From positions 62,001 through 126,000 of the forward strand of contig QPGO01000042.1 of the NCBI GenBank assembly GCA_008632985.1: a DNA stretch of 64,000 nucleotides, given 5' to 3'. The notes under the pieces were generated by a model. The model ran no database searches. It had not been told where the DNA came from and saw only the letters and a list, made by a program, of their open reading frames with translations. A program made the translations under genes and the position numbers. The stretch comes from Psammoneis japonica. Its lineage: Eukaryota. Position 1 is the stretch's first letter. Each line of letters begins with the position of its first letter. Positions 48,871 to 60,559 of this stretch are shown here, piece after piece.

Positions 48871-49971
48871 ATGACACTTCCACCACGTAAAGGCGTTCTT
48901 GGAATAATAACCATCCTCAGCTTGGCTTCGTTGTGCTCCTCGTTCGTTTCTCCCGCTCTTCCGCGTTTTCCCCTTGGCAAGTCTCGTTATGGTTCCGAGA
49001 AGCTTCAATGGCGCAGAGATAGGCATCTTGTGGAAAATTGTTCCATAGAAGAACCTAACACCGATCATGATCAATATGGAAAGAAATTACCCGCAGGTAA
49101 TCAAATCCAAGAAAGACGAGCCATGGTAGGATCAATATTCTCCGCGGCTACCATTGCTGTAGCTTCGAGCAAGGCCTCGGCATACGAAAAGACGTTTCCT
49201 GTCGATCTTGACTTCGAAAATGGTGATACATCTCGGGATTTGTCTGCCATTCGCACCGCAAAGATCAACCGAGAAAAGGAGCAGAACAAACAATCGATGG
49301 AATTTATTTCATCGTCCAACCCTCTGTTTTTCCGTGGCCCAAAAGATGTCCTGTCAAGTGTTTTGTGGGGTGGTGCGTTGTGGTTCTTGTCTGGATCACG
49401 ATCAAATCCACTCGTAACACCACTTGCTAATCTATTCTATGATGAGAGAGAGGAAGACTGGTTGAAGGACCGAAACGACAATTTATTCGGCTCTATTCCC
49501 ACGCAACTACTACTCGTGCTTTCAGTTGTATTTTTCTTCCTGGGTATTGCCGTGGATCGCACCGTTTTACTGGCGACTCAGGGTGACAGTAACGTATGCC
49601 TTCAATTAGCAGGTGTATCTCTCATCAGCGGCGGCGCATTGGAGTTGGGTCGGATCGCGTCAGGAGAGAAGAAGCAAACGCGAGAAGACTTTGACCGTGC
49701 CTCACAACTGGAAGAGGAATTTGCCGAGTTTGCGTCGAAGCGTCTCATTGCTGGAGGTAATTGTCATCGAAGTGAGGTTGTCAAAGCTTTTCGGCGATAC
49801 TTTGCCAAGTATAGACAAGCTGACAATGCCGAATACCCTTTGTCAGATCTTGAGATAGAGAGACTGGTTCGAAACTGGAATCGCGACGTGGGAAATGCAC
49901 CAATGAGCTCGGCCGGTTTCCTTACAGGAATTCAAATCAATGACCAGGCCGATGTGTTCGTGAGTCGCTGA
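48871..49971 (+). CDS. Hypothetical membrane protein, likely plastid-targeted
   Basis: Long ORF with normal composition; signal peptide ending CSS-FVSP; several hydrophobic segments. Confidence 0.7.
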   Translation: MTLPPRKGVLGIITILSLASLCSSFVSPALPRFPLGKSRYGSEKLQWRRDRHLVENCSIEEPNTDHDQYGKKLPAGNQIQERRAMVGSIFSAATIAVASSKASAYEKTFPVDLDFENGDTSRDLSAIRTAKINREKEQNKQSMEFISSSNPLFFRGPKDVLSSVLWGGALWFLSGSRSNPLVTPLANLFYDEREEDWLKDRNDNLFGSIPTQLLLVLSVVFFFLGIAVDRTVLLATQGDSNVCLQLAGVSLISGGALELGRIASGEKKQTREDFDRASQLEEEFAEFASKRLIAGGNCHRSEVVKAFRRYFAKYRQADNAEYPLSDLEIERLVRNWNRDVGNAPMSSAGFLTGIQINDQADVFVSR

Positions 49972-50139
49972 CTTCTTCCAACAACCACAAGATGCACTAC
50001 CGTGTTCCAAACAGTTCAAATGGCACGGGATAATCAAAGGCCGAAGGAGTCGTCATCGTGCGATGGAAGGGAAAGGCGCTCACTATGTATCCACAATAGG
50101 CAAGATCCCACTCTTAATGGTAAACGGTAGGGGCCCTCA

Positions 50140-50278
50140 ACTATAGCTAGCACTACAGTATGAAATACGTAACTCTTCTCTACTCTCTAGTAGTAGCTCT
50201 ACTCTCTCACTCTTCAGTTAGTAGTATCTCTCTAGCTCTAGTAGCTACGATCTACTCTAGTAGCTACTCTAGAGAGAA
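50140..50278. repeat. TAG/CTA-rich low-complexity intergenic tract
   Basis: 'tactctctagtagtagctctactctc...tctagctctagtagctacgatctactctagtagctactctagagag'. Confidence 0.8.
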
Positions 50279-50469
50279 GCGAAAGAGCGATTGTGTTTGC
50301 CTCGGGCATTTTGTTTGCCTCGGGCATTTTGTTTTACTTGTATGTGTGTATGCATGTCTGTAGCGTTTAATTTGAATCGATCGAAGAGATCAAAAATCAA
50401 AAAGCAACGATGCCGATTGCCGATGCACAATGATGGCGGAAGCGGGAAACTGAAAACATACCGCAGAGC

Positions 50470-51974
50470 ATGTCCCATAGCCAGAATGCATGTCGAGTTG
50501 CAGATTCCGACGCAGCATCGACATCAGTCACCCGAGCAGGTGAGATAGCTCAGTGTGCCTTACGCCACTACGAAAGTCTTCCTAACAGAGGCAAGCCACA
50601 GGCTCACGAGTGGACAGTCTACGCAGCAATCGTTGCTTCAATGAGCGATCCTCTCGTCGAGCCTTGGGTTGTGAGCTGTGCCACTGGTTCAAAATGCACC
50701 GCTATTCAAGAAACAGCGTGGACGGGTATGGTTCTTCATGACTCTCATGCAGAAGTCTTGGCTCGAAGAGGATTGCAGCGTGTTTTATGGGATGAAATTG
50801 TGAAAACGAATGGTGAGCGCGAAGTCGACAATAAGAAAAAGCTTTTGATTCTGACGGAAGCAACAAGTTTGTTACACGGCCAAACTTGGAGCTTCATTTA
50901 TACATAAGTGATTCGCCTTGTGGAGATGCTTCCATATACGATCTTGGGCAAGGAATGAAGTACAGCGGTGCCAAAGTCATTCTATCAAAGAAAACCGGTG
51001 TAGTGGCAGAAGATTGCGGCGGAAACAACCAATTGATTAATTTTGAATCGTCGTCTCATATCAGCAGTTCTAAAAGAAGAAAGAGTGACAAAAATGTTGT
51101 GCTGGCGAGAGAAGAGGTACAACTTGTCGGAGCACTGCGGACAAAGTCCGGTCGTTCAAATCTGGCGGACCGTCTTCGCTCCAAATCCATGTCTTGCTCC
51201 GACAAACTTGTTCGCTGGTCGGTTCTAGGTATACAAGGATCTTTGTTAGCTCACTTTATTCCCGATCCAATACGATTTTCCTCCGTCTGTGTCAGTCGTG
51301 ACCCTCGAGCGCGCACTGATGCTCAGCAGCTTGCTCTGCAACGTGCCATTCCAAATAGAGTCGATGCCGCCATTGCCGCTCTGACTGAACACTTGAAAGA
51401 ATCACATTCACTTCCGTTGTCTAGAAGCGGTTTCAAGATATTAGAGTGTTGCACAACAGCAGTTTATGTTGTCGAGGAAACATTCAGGCACGGGAAGGCG
51501 TTTGTCGATGCATGCGTCGATTCATCCAATGATTATGTGTCGCCAGAATCATTTCCGAGTGACGATATCATCGATAGAAAAGAAAGAAAGCGAAAGATGG
51601 AATCTAGAAACGCGCTCAGTAGCCCTCAGAAAAAGAAGCAGAGTTTCTCCCCGGGTGGTGTTTGTCTAAACTGGCAACAAAACTGTAAGGATGTTGAAAT
51701 TACGGTCGGCGCTCGGGGTACAACGCAAGGGAAGAAGCCAACCACCCTGACTGACTATCGTGCACATGCATCGAGACTTAGTCGTTGGAGCATGGCTTCA
51801 TTGGCACAGACATGCACAGGCGGTGGTTATCCTAGCTACAAAGAGATGAAGACAGCAGAGTCGCCTGCAGAAATAAAAGGAATCAGAGATATTCTACTGA
51901 ACGAAGCTGGCCCACTCGTTGGGTGGTTGTGTGATGTCGATGCTGGAGATTTCTCTCTTCCCTCCGCGACATGA
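50470..51974 (+). CDS. ADAT1: tRNA-specific adenosine deaminase 1 (ADAT1/Tad1)
   Basis: [37 protein letters not shown], no dsRBD; frameshift near 50870. Confidence 0.9.
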
Positions 51975-52337
51975 ATGCACGACAAATTTCCCGAAAAGTA
52001 AAGGCTTGTCGACTACAACTCTAAAACTTCTTCGATCGCTCATCTTGTGCAGTGTCTTACCCTCTCTTGGCACACTACTGAGTTTTCTCTTGGGATCGAT
52101 CACCAATAAAAACTACTCGGAGAACAAGGAGGTACCTGCTGCAGGTTATCGATTTATCCAAATGAGTCATCGGCATGCAGGGTTCCAGTCGACGCGGGTT
52201 TTCGACACCGAAAACATGTCAAAACACTTATCAGAATACCACCGCCCAACTACCTCATGCTCACTGCTTGTCGTAACAAGGATTTCTTGTCGCTGCAGTC
52301 AGCGTAACCAAACCACTTCGGATAGACTGCGAACGGT

Positions 52338-52605
52338 ATTACTCTATCTAGAGGAAGCATCAGGAAAAGTAGTTTTTTCCTTTAGTGTTTCAGTCTACTC
52401 TATTAGAGGAGGGTACAAGTAGAAGTAGGGCCCTGGGTAGGGAGGAATGCAGACCTCCCAAGCCTAGCTAGCCCTAGAGTAAGCTAATACTCTCTCTCTC
52501 TCTCTACGGTAGCTAGAGAGAGAGAGAGAGCCAACCACTGAGGATTATTTAGCCCAGTAGACAGACTCTAGAGACCTACTCTACTCTCTAGGGCCCTAGA
52601 GAGAG
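52338..52605. repeat. TAG/CTA-rich tract with (CT)n...(AG)n inverted repeat and a 20-bp palindrome
   Basis: ctctctctctctctctacggtagctagagagagagagag (~52490-52530); ctctctagggccctagagag (52584-52603). Confidence 0.8.
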
Positions 52606-52892
52606 GTTCCAGCTTCGATCGGTCGACGCTCCGACATCGCTGTGTTTGCATTGATGACGGACGGACACGCAGGTGCGCGCAGAGCGCGCTTAGCGCGATC
52701 CGCAGCGCCGCCACGACCACAGCACACGACACGCACGACGCACGACACAACATGACCAACCTTTCAAGAGTTCCATTGCTTTCGGCATCTTGTCAGCTCG
52801 AAGAAGATCGAACTGTGTTAATCGGAATACAAACTAATAGAGAGATCTTTAAGATTTCTTTCAAAGTGCGTGATTGAAAAAGTGGCGACAGA

Positions 52893-53978
52893 ATGGCTTC
52901 CGGTGGTGAACCCTCGTGGGCATGGCTCGGCCTGCTGAAATGGTCTCTTTCGTACACAGACGGAACGAGACCATCTGACGAGACGATGAAGCCGATGTCA
53001 GACGAGGATAAGGCATTTCTCGAGGCTGTCATGAAAGACGGGATCATCAATGAAGGGGAAAGAATGAAAACTATTTTAGCCGAGGTCACTGATGCATTGG
53101 ATGTCTTCAAGGCCAAGGCTGAAGGACGTGAGGCCGAGGAGACTTTGAATGAAGATGATATTACTGAACGTTTGGCAGAGCTGCGAGATATTGTCGAGCA
53201 GATTGATTTCGCTCGTGCTTTTGCAGCCATGCAAGGCCTGCCCTTTCTGATTGGATGCGCTGCTGAAAAGGACGCTGTTCCTCGAGCCGTTCGAGTTGCA
53301 TGCCTTGGAGTCCTTGCCACGATGTGTCAAAACAACCCACCCGTTCAGCTCGATCTCCTTAATCTAAACGCCATTCAGAAACTGGCAGGGATATACTTTG
53401 CTGAATTCCCTAAAGAACCTGTTGAAATAGAAGAATCAGATGGAAAGCTGCGAGAGCGTGTCGTTCAAGCCTTGAGCGCGTCAGTTCGCTCACACGCCAC
53501 CGCCGAAATAACATTTTGTCAGCGTCCGGAAGGCCGGAAAGTTATCGAGTCCGGTTTGGGTTTGTACGCAGAAAGTGAAACGCTCCCAGCTCCACCGTTG
53601 AGACTTCGAAAAAGAGCACTTTTCTTCCTTCGTGCTCTGTTGTCCTCCGATTCATCGAATGCTCAACGTGTTAGACTATTCACCGCTTGCGTTGAATACA
53701 TAGCCGATAACTATCTCGACAATGAAACAGAGCCCAGCTCAGAAGTCCGAGAAATGGCTCTTTCATTTCTAGACGCAATTCTCGAACAGAAGAAAAGTGT
53801 GAATGCCATCATAGACCGCAAGGATGCTATCGCGGCTCTTGGAGTTCGGCGAATCTCCGCACTTCGAGCCCTTCAAGGGGAGGAACGAGAGTTTGCGTCT
53901 GTTGAGCTTGAATCGTGGGAGAACCTTATGGTGGGTTTAGCAAGAGCTCAAAGAGACGAGGAAGTCCCACAGACGTAG
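52893..53978 (+). CDS. Hsp70 nucleotide exchange factor HspBP1/Fes1
   Basis: WLGLLKWSL...MSDEDKAFLEAVM, IVEQIDFARAF, MCQNNPPVQ, armadillo-like helices. Confidence 0.88.
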   Translation: MASGGEPSWAWLGLLKWSLSYTDGTRPSDETMKPMSDEDKAFLEAVMKDGIINEGERMKTILAEVTDALDVFKAKAEGREAEETLNEDDITERLAELRDIVEQIDFARAFAAMQGLPFLIGCAAEKDAVPRAVRVACLGVLATMCQNNPPVQLDLLNLNAIQKLAGIYFAEFPKEPVEIEESDGKLRERVVQALSASVRSHATAEITFCQRPEGRKVIESGLGLYAESETLPAPPLRLRKRALFFLRALLSSDSSNAQRVRLFTACVEYIADNYLDNETEPSSEVREMALSFLDAILEQKKSVNAIIDRKDAIAALGVRRISALRALQGEEREFASVELESWENLMVGLARAQRDEEVPQT

Positions 53979-54065
53979 CTACGCGACGCGACTTCGATTT
54001 GCACCGTTGACACAACTTTCCTTAGGCTGAAGGTAGAGAGAGGAATCGATAAACTAAGGCGACCA

Positions 54066-55195
54066 TTATTTTTTTAAGTAGTCCATCACATTATTCCTCC
54101 ATTCACTTTCAACTAGAATCTTGTTCCAAAAGAAGAAAATTGCAATGTGTGCCCCAAAGAGTATTGAGAACGACACAACAAACCAAGGTGTTCGTGGACT
54201 GAAAACCGGATAAAGGTGTACACCGAGGCGATCGAGAATCAACAAGTAAAATAGAACGTATAGAATTGCGTCAACAGCTGCAGCGTAGAAATCGCGAATT
54301 GTCAGGGCTCTTGCAGGGCTGGCAATGCAGCCATTGACTGTCGCGTAGAGAATGTTGAAGATATGTAACTGATTTAGACGAAAGGAGAGAAAGAAATCTC
54401 TGAATTTCTTCTTCGCCTCGGGTGTCTTCATTCCAAAGAAGTAAATAATGGGACCAACAAAAAAGTTCCACATTGTAAAAGTCACTGAAGCAGTTGCAAG
54501 CGCGGGAAATCTGGAATACTCCAAGATCGTCAACAAGGCACTGTTGGAAACAAAAGGCGCCAATGCACAAAGGCCATGTCGCAAAGCGATGATTGTCCAG
54601 CTTTGAACAGTGTAGGTAGCCCATGCCCTTGTCGAGTTTTGCCCATAATAGATGACCACCATCACTCCAGACATCCACAGAAAGCCAGCTGCATTGTACC
54701 ACCAAAGTGTCGTAAAAGGTTCAGGATACATTCCTTTTGAATCATCTGTCCAATCATACTGAGCCGGTGGCTCGTTACAAAGCCATGCTCCAACGAGCAA
54801 TACTGCGTAAACCAGCAAATAAATGAGGATCGTCGCGGCCAATGTCCATGGACCTACCCGAAGAGACTTTGGTACCTTCCGGACGATGTAAAGTGATTGG
54901 ATTGAGTGAATACGGCAATCGGATGAACATATAAGCTTTGCGAGACCTTCAACACACACACACACACGCGGGAGAAACGATGTCAATCTTCAGAAGTGAA
55001 CAAGACTGCGTGTCTGTGTCGAAGTGCCAAACTCACCCAATCAAAGTAACCGAGCAACGACCCATCCTTCATTAAAACCCATGGTTTATCAACATCAGTA
55101 AGATCACGAAGTTGTAAAGTGGCAAGGAGCTCTCGTTGCCGCTCATGCGTTTCCTCCTCGGTTTCGATTTTGCCTCCGTACTGTCCACTACTCAT
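54066..55195 (-). CDS. Hypothetical multi-pass membrane protein
   Basis: Two exons (donor after YFDW ~55037); multiple TM segments; ILDRLGVHLYPVFSPR. Confidence 0.7.
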
Positions 55196-55925
55196 CTTTC
55201 AAAGATAGACAACGTTTTCAAGGACATCAGGGCGCTTCCTCAATCCGCATCGCGACCCGAAAGTTATCATCCTTGAGATTTTCAGATTTCCTTTGATTTC
55301 ATAGTACAGGTAAGGTTATCCATTTCTTCATTGTTGATGAAAATATATGCATGATAATTCCTGCTTAATTTTTTTTAAATATATATACTATGAATACCTA
55401 AACTAATTCCTCAACGGACCACAACATGTGCCACAGCACGCAAGTCGTCACGACCATGACGCTTTGGCTTTCGCTGGCTATTCCGTGTGAAACACAGCAT
55501 GTTTCACATCACTGCGGTATGCTCGCTATGTACACAAAAGGATGATGAAGCAAGATGAATCTGTCGCCATGTGGCGACGCGATACTGTAATACAATGGCA
55601 CAACAAGATGGTAGGGCCCTACACATTTTTTGTGCGCCAAGGGAAGCAATACCATATCATTCATTGCCGTAAATTTGTTCACTATATCTTTAACATTCGA
55701 ACACGTATACGTAATTTTCAAGAAGCCTCAATCTTTTTCTTTCGCCACATTTTGATTCTGTTTGCCGTGATCTGTGATAAGGCGTATCGGTGTACCCGGT
55801 AGGGGCTATCGTGTGGTATGAAGTGTCCATTTCGATCCAGCAGCGTTATCGTGGAAAATCAATCGTAGATCAGAGAACAAAGCTGGATATTCACTTTTTT
55901 CCAGGAGCTCCGGAACAACAAGGCG

Positions 55926-57789
55926 ATGTGGTTGTGTAATTGCGTCTTGTCACTTTCGCTACTACGCCTTGGGGCAGCTTTCGAGACCGTTAACAATGAT
56001 CGCAACGAAGATTCTCTATCTGGACAGGACAATATAATTCTTCAGTCAGCTAGCGTTGCAAACATGCCACTGTCACCAGCGTGTTGGACACAAGCCCTAA
56101 ACGTGTTGTCGATGTCGTCGCAAGACACTGGTCTTTCGTTTGACAAGGAGAACACGTTGGGGGAAAGCATCTGTTCGAATTTGTCTCACCGGAACCAGCA
56201 GTTTCTTGCGTTTGAATTAACAAAGTGTCATATGGAGAGTGTGGGTAGGCCACTGATTGGAGATCTATCCTGTGAGAGTACGGAGATAGGTGACGACAAG
56301 TCCCTCAAGGAGTGCTTGAGCAGAATTAGCGATACAACTCTGAATGCATACACTCATTTCTTCACCTATGTCAATCAAGTTTGTTTGAGGCTTACGCAAG
56401 AGCTTGCAACAGCCCATCATTACGAAACAGCAGCCATACTTGCCGAATCATCTCATCGTGCCACAGAGAGCATGCTCAAACTAAAGTCGATGCAGAGTGA
56501 ACTCTTTCATGATTTTCAGCGGCAGCAAGAAGGATTGTTGCGTCAACAGCATGACAAACTGTCCGAAACTGCAGTTCTTGCCGAGAAGAGTATGGCTGGT
56601 ATCAGAGAGGAAAGGGCTGAAATTCTGAAGCAACAAGAACTGATGAGGCAGAAACAACTAGAGTTTGAAAATGGACAGGACAGGTTGTTCAGCTCTTTCA
56701 ACGACATGCTGTCTGGAGTGAGTCATTCTTTGCTTTTCATTTGAATCGCTTGATAATGTCGGATCGATTTTGCTAACCATTTGTCCGTTTCTTGTATACA
56801 TTTATGCTCAGGTATTGGATCGCACGTCTGAAAAGTTGAAGCCTTTTATAGCTTTGGAGTCGTTTGCGTCACGAGCCACGAGTAGGTTTGACTGGCTGAC
56901 GAACTTTTTGTTTCTAGTTGGAAAGCTGAACCTTGCATGGTTGCTGATTTCGGGGAAAGGGCGTGACTGTGGTCGTCGACTTATTTTCTTCGTTATCATC
57001 ATCGAAACAGTTGCCGAGCTCGTTCTGAAAAAGTTGTCGGTCGTAGGAGTGGTCGCAAGTTCTTCTGTTTCAGGCATGATACTGTCATTACGCACTTGGG
57101 CGTTTTACCTGGAATGTGGTATATACGTCCTTGCGTTCCTTCTATCATTGAGAAGAAGGCCCAAGAACTTTAATGCCGACACAAACGAAGACCTGATGAA
57201 AAACATGCACCTGGAGTTGATGGCTCGTCTAGAAGACCATACTTTGCAGCTGAGAAGAGAGCAAGCACAGCGAGAAGAGCAGTTGTTGCAGCGGGTAGTT
57301 CATACCATCCAGGACCCAGACCGTTTCTACCCGCCAATGCCGCCCAGAACATTCCCGCATCTTTCCCTTCCGTATGAAACGCGCTATGTCGCAGATGGAA
57401 GGTACGAACCACCGTATGATTTGCCAACAACTCCCAGGCAAATGCACAGAAACTCAGCTTCGCGTAGTAGCTACGATCACTGCTTGGAAACAATGCCACG
57501 AAATCGCTTCAACCAAGCAGCACTTACAATTCAAAGGCATGAAAATGTTGCGAACGTTCGGGAAAACATAGAACCAATGACAGGGGGTGACTCGGATCAG
57601 GACGTACATTTTCCTGGACACGATCATGGACGGTCGCTTTGTCCCCTTCCGTGCGTCACTCCGGCTGCTGATCATCAAAATCGTCATCAACAAAATGATG
57701 AAGCTGTTCACGAGCTTACAAAGCGTCCGGCAGGGGATATTTCCGTGAACGATGCAGTACCTGAAGCTAAGAAGCAGCGCGTTGGCTAA
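55926..57789 (+). CDS. GEX1: GEX1/KAR5/Brambleberry nuclear-envelope fusion protein
   Basis: Signal peptide; Cys-rich domain CWTQAL...CSNLS...LAFELTKCHMESVGR...C...CLSRIS....NAYTHFF..VNQVC; coiled coil; C-terminal TM helices; intron ~56718-56811. Confidence 0.85.
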
Positions 57790-57868
57790 TCTAAGCCTGT
57801 CCAGGAAGCAAAATGGGAAGTCTTACGAAAGAGGACTAAATCGAGAATGCCTCTACGGCTTTTTTCTG

Positions 57869-59416
57869 TTACTTAGCCTTGATAATCTCTTTTCCTCCCA
57901 TGTATGGCCTCAGCACCTCTGGCACCACAACACTTCCGTCCGGCATCTGGTAGTTCTCCAATACCGCCACCAGCGTTCGCCCCACTGCCAAACCACTGCC
58001 ATTAATTGTATGACAGAGCTGAGGTTTTGGTTTCTTTGCTTTCTTTTTTCCTCCTTTAGGAGCTGTTGGTAGAGGACGGTACCGCAGCGCCATTCTACGC
58101 GCTTGAAAGTCTCCAGTGTTGGAACAGGAGCTAATCTCACGAAACTCTCGAGCACCCGGGAGCCACACTTCCAAATCGTAGCAATGACGAGCACTGAATC
58201 CCACATCACCAGAGCAAAGTCGCACTTTACGATACGGAAGCTTAAGATTCTGCAGACAGGCTTCAGCATGTTGTGTCAATAACTCGTGTTCAGAGTCACT
58301 GGATTCAGGAGTGGTGATTTTAACCAACTCGACCTTACCAAACTGATGAGTTCTGATAAGACCCCGGGTATCACGACCATATGATCCTGCTTCAGCTCGG
58401 AAGCATGGAGTCCAGGCAACGTAGCAGAGCGGCAAGTCCGCTTCTTCCAGAACTGACTCCCGATGCATGTTAGTTACTGGGACTTCCGCAGTTGGAATCA
58501 AATAGGCGTCCTCGCCATTGCAGGTATGACTTTCGGGTGTAACTGCAAACAAATCCTCTTGAAACTTTGGAAGTTGGGATGTGCCCTCAAGTGAACTCCT
58601 TCCAACAACCAATGGCACCGACACTTCAGTGTACCCGTGTGTTGCCGTGTGCAAATCCATGAAGTACATGCCAAGAGCTCTCTCGAGTTGCGCGACTTGC
58701 CCGGAGAGCGCGACAAACCTTGTTCCCGACATTTTGACAGCAGCTTCCGCTTCATACCCATCTAATGCGGAAGCCACATCATCATGCCACTTCGCCTCAA
58801 AGTCTTCGGGCCAGCCCAATTCCTGTGGCAAATCAGATGCGCTTCCCCAAGTTGTGACTTCTTCGTTGTCTGACTCATCATCGCCATCCGGTACCACATC
58901 ATCCAACAGATTCGGAATCCCGGCTAGCATGAGATTCACTTCGCTTTCGATTTCACTTAGCTTCTCCTCAGCCTTTGCAGCTCCATCCGCTGCTTCACTG
59001 CTCCTGGCTTTGGCATCTTCGACTTCTTGTGGATCCGCGTTGTCTTTGTCTCTCATCAATTTTCCTACCAAGGCACTTGCTTCCTTTCTAGCGTTCAAAT
59101 ATCCATCTCTTTCCTGAATCAGTGCCACTCGTTTCTCTTGCATTTTAGCTATGTGCTCAGCGGACTCAATTGTGTCCTCTGAAGCTCGTCGTGACTTCAG
59201 GTGGGAGAGGACCATGTCAAGGTTGTTCGCGACGGTACGAACTTCCAAGGATTGGCCGGCCCTTGAAATTCTTCCGTTCACCACCACTTGCTCGTCTGTA
59301 GTAGAAGATGCTAGGCGCGTGGTAGCAAAAGACACTGTGGCACGACGAGTGCCAACAACGGAAAAGGCGCTTGCACCACGAGAAAGAGTGGCCACCGCGT
59401 AAGCGGCCGTACTCAT
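57869..59416 (-). CDS. Organellar seryl-tRNA synthetase
   Basis: [62 protein letters not shown]; presequence containing ASAF. Confidence 0.97.
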   Translation of the reverse strand: MSTAAYAVATLSRGASAFSVVGTRRATVSFATTRLASSTTDEQVVVNGRISRAGQSLEVRTVANNLDMVLSHLKSRRASEDTIESAEHIAKMQEKRVALIQERDGYLNARKEASALVGKLMRDKDNADPQEVEDAKARSSEAADGAAKAEEKLSEIESEVNLMLAGIPNLLDDVVPDGDDESDNEEVTTWGSASDLPQELGWPEDFEAKWHDDVASALDGYEAEAAVKMSGTRFVALSGQVAQLERALGMYFMDLHTATHGYTEVSVPLVVGRSSLEGTSQLPKFQEDLFAVTPESHTCNGEDAYLIPTAEVPVTNMHRESVLEEADLPLCYVAWTPCFRAEAGSYGRDTRGLIRTHQFGKVELVKITTPESSDSEHELLTQHAEACLQNLKLPYRKVRLCSGDVGFSARHCYDLEVWLPGAREFREISSCSNTGDFQARRMALRYRPLPTAPKGGKKKAKKPKPQLCHTINGSGLAVGRTLVAVLENYQMPDGSVVVPEVLRPYMGGKEIIKAK

Positions 59417-59761
59417 AATGAGTCGAAACTGCATGTACTGTAGATAGTCGAGAAAGCACTAAAGCCTTCTTCCACTTGAAATTCAGAGAAGTAGCAGGTA
59501 GTAGCAAAGACAACGGACCTACAAAACCAACATGCGTACCGGCATTGATAAAGCTCGCGATACTCTTCTACTTTTCTTTTCCACCGACCGACCACGCACA
59601 TCACTCAATCATCGAACATCGAATGCGCAAAGGTGACGCATGATGTGCCAGACCAATTTTGATCGTATTTTGACGTCATCCAAGACTCACTCCATTTTCT
59701 CTCTCTGTTTTCTCTCATACCGGTTGATCTAGAGTAGTCTAGCCCTACCTATACTTTTTAG

Positions 59762-60463
59762 AACAACAAGGTCAATGATGCCAAATTAAAACAAATTCAT
59801 TCTGCAGTATTACAAGAAATCTCCGGATTTGAAGCTTTCCAAGTAGGCCACATTATGAGGAATCAGAACAAAAGAGCCGATGAGCTCGCCAACCTAGCAA
59901 TGGATACAAAACATTCACATGGATTTGAAGAACTTGGAGAGAGCAAAGCGTTATATGAGGAGGCAAACGGAGACGAGGGTACTGTCCAAAAGGAACAACC
60001 CGAGCTAGAGGAGCTTCCATCGAATGCGGGGCCACTGCCATCCAATCAAACATACTTGCTTAGGGTAGATGGGGCTGCACGTGGTAACCCTGGGGAGGCG
60101 GGCGCTGGAATGGTTATTTACGATCCGAATGGCCGTGAAGTGTGGTTCGGGTGGAAATACATTGCGCGAGCTACTAACAATACTGCGGAATATTCAGCCT
60201 TAGTCCTTGGTTTACAATGCGCGAAATCTCTTGGAATCTCTCGACTCAACGTGGAAACTGACAGCATGCTTGTTGTGAGACAGGTCGAAGGAAGTTACAG
60301 AGTCAAGGACGCCAAATTGAAGCCTCTACATGCCGATGTTGTGGACGAAATGGAAGGGTTTGAATACGTAGAGATCAGTCACACTGTACGGGCTGATAAT
60401 GCGAGAGCCGATGAGCTTGCTAACCTAGCAGTCGACAATCGAGATTTCCATGGCTGGAAATAA
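59762..60463 (+). CDS. RNase HI (archaeal/plant-type) preceded by a half copy of the same domain
   Basis: VDGAARGNPGEAGAG, TNNTAEYSAL, VETDSMLVVRQV.G, NARADELAN; an upstream in-frame segment ends NKRADELANLAMD. Confidence 0.85.
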   Translation, partial: NNKVNDAKLKQIHSAVLQEISGFEAFQVGHIMRNQNKRADELANLAMDTKHSHGFEELGESKALYEEANGDEGTVQKEQPELEELPSNAGPLPSNQTYLLRVDGAARGNPGEAGAGMVIYDPNGREVWFGWKYIARATNNTAEYSALVLGLQCAKSLGISRLNVETDSMLVVRQVEGSYRVKDAKLKPLHADVVDEMEGFEYVEISHTVRADNARADELANLAVDNRDFHGWK

Positions 60464-60559
60464 CCTAATCTTATCGTGCCATATCCTCCACCTTCTTTTT
60501 CTCAAATCCTTTGTCTAGAGTGGCTATAATTATTGGATCCGACTACGGTAGACCTCTGC

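Noticed and set aside
50296..50333. 18-bp tandem duplication tttgcctcgggcattttg
   Set aside because: Only two copies; consistent with ordinary slippage.
50470..51974. Adenosine deaminase close to A->G-mutated blocks as the candidate mutator
   Set aside because: It looks like ordinary ADAT1 (tRNA-Ala A37 editing) with no extra domain; proximity in a eukaryotic genome is not evidence.
3673..51974. Programmed ribosomal frameshifting or mass pseudogenisation
   Set aside because: No shared slippery motif seen and several genes are essential; assembly error is simpler.
59855..60463. RNase H as part of a retroelement
   Set aside because: No adjacent RT, integrase or LTR; normal dinucleotide composition; motif pattern fits cellular RNase HI.
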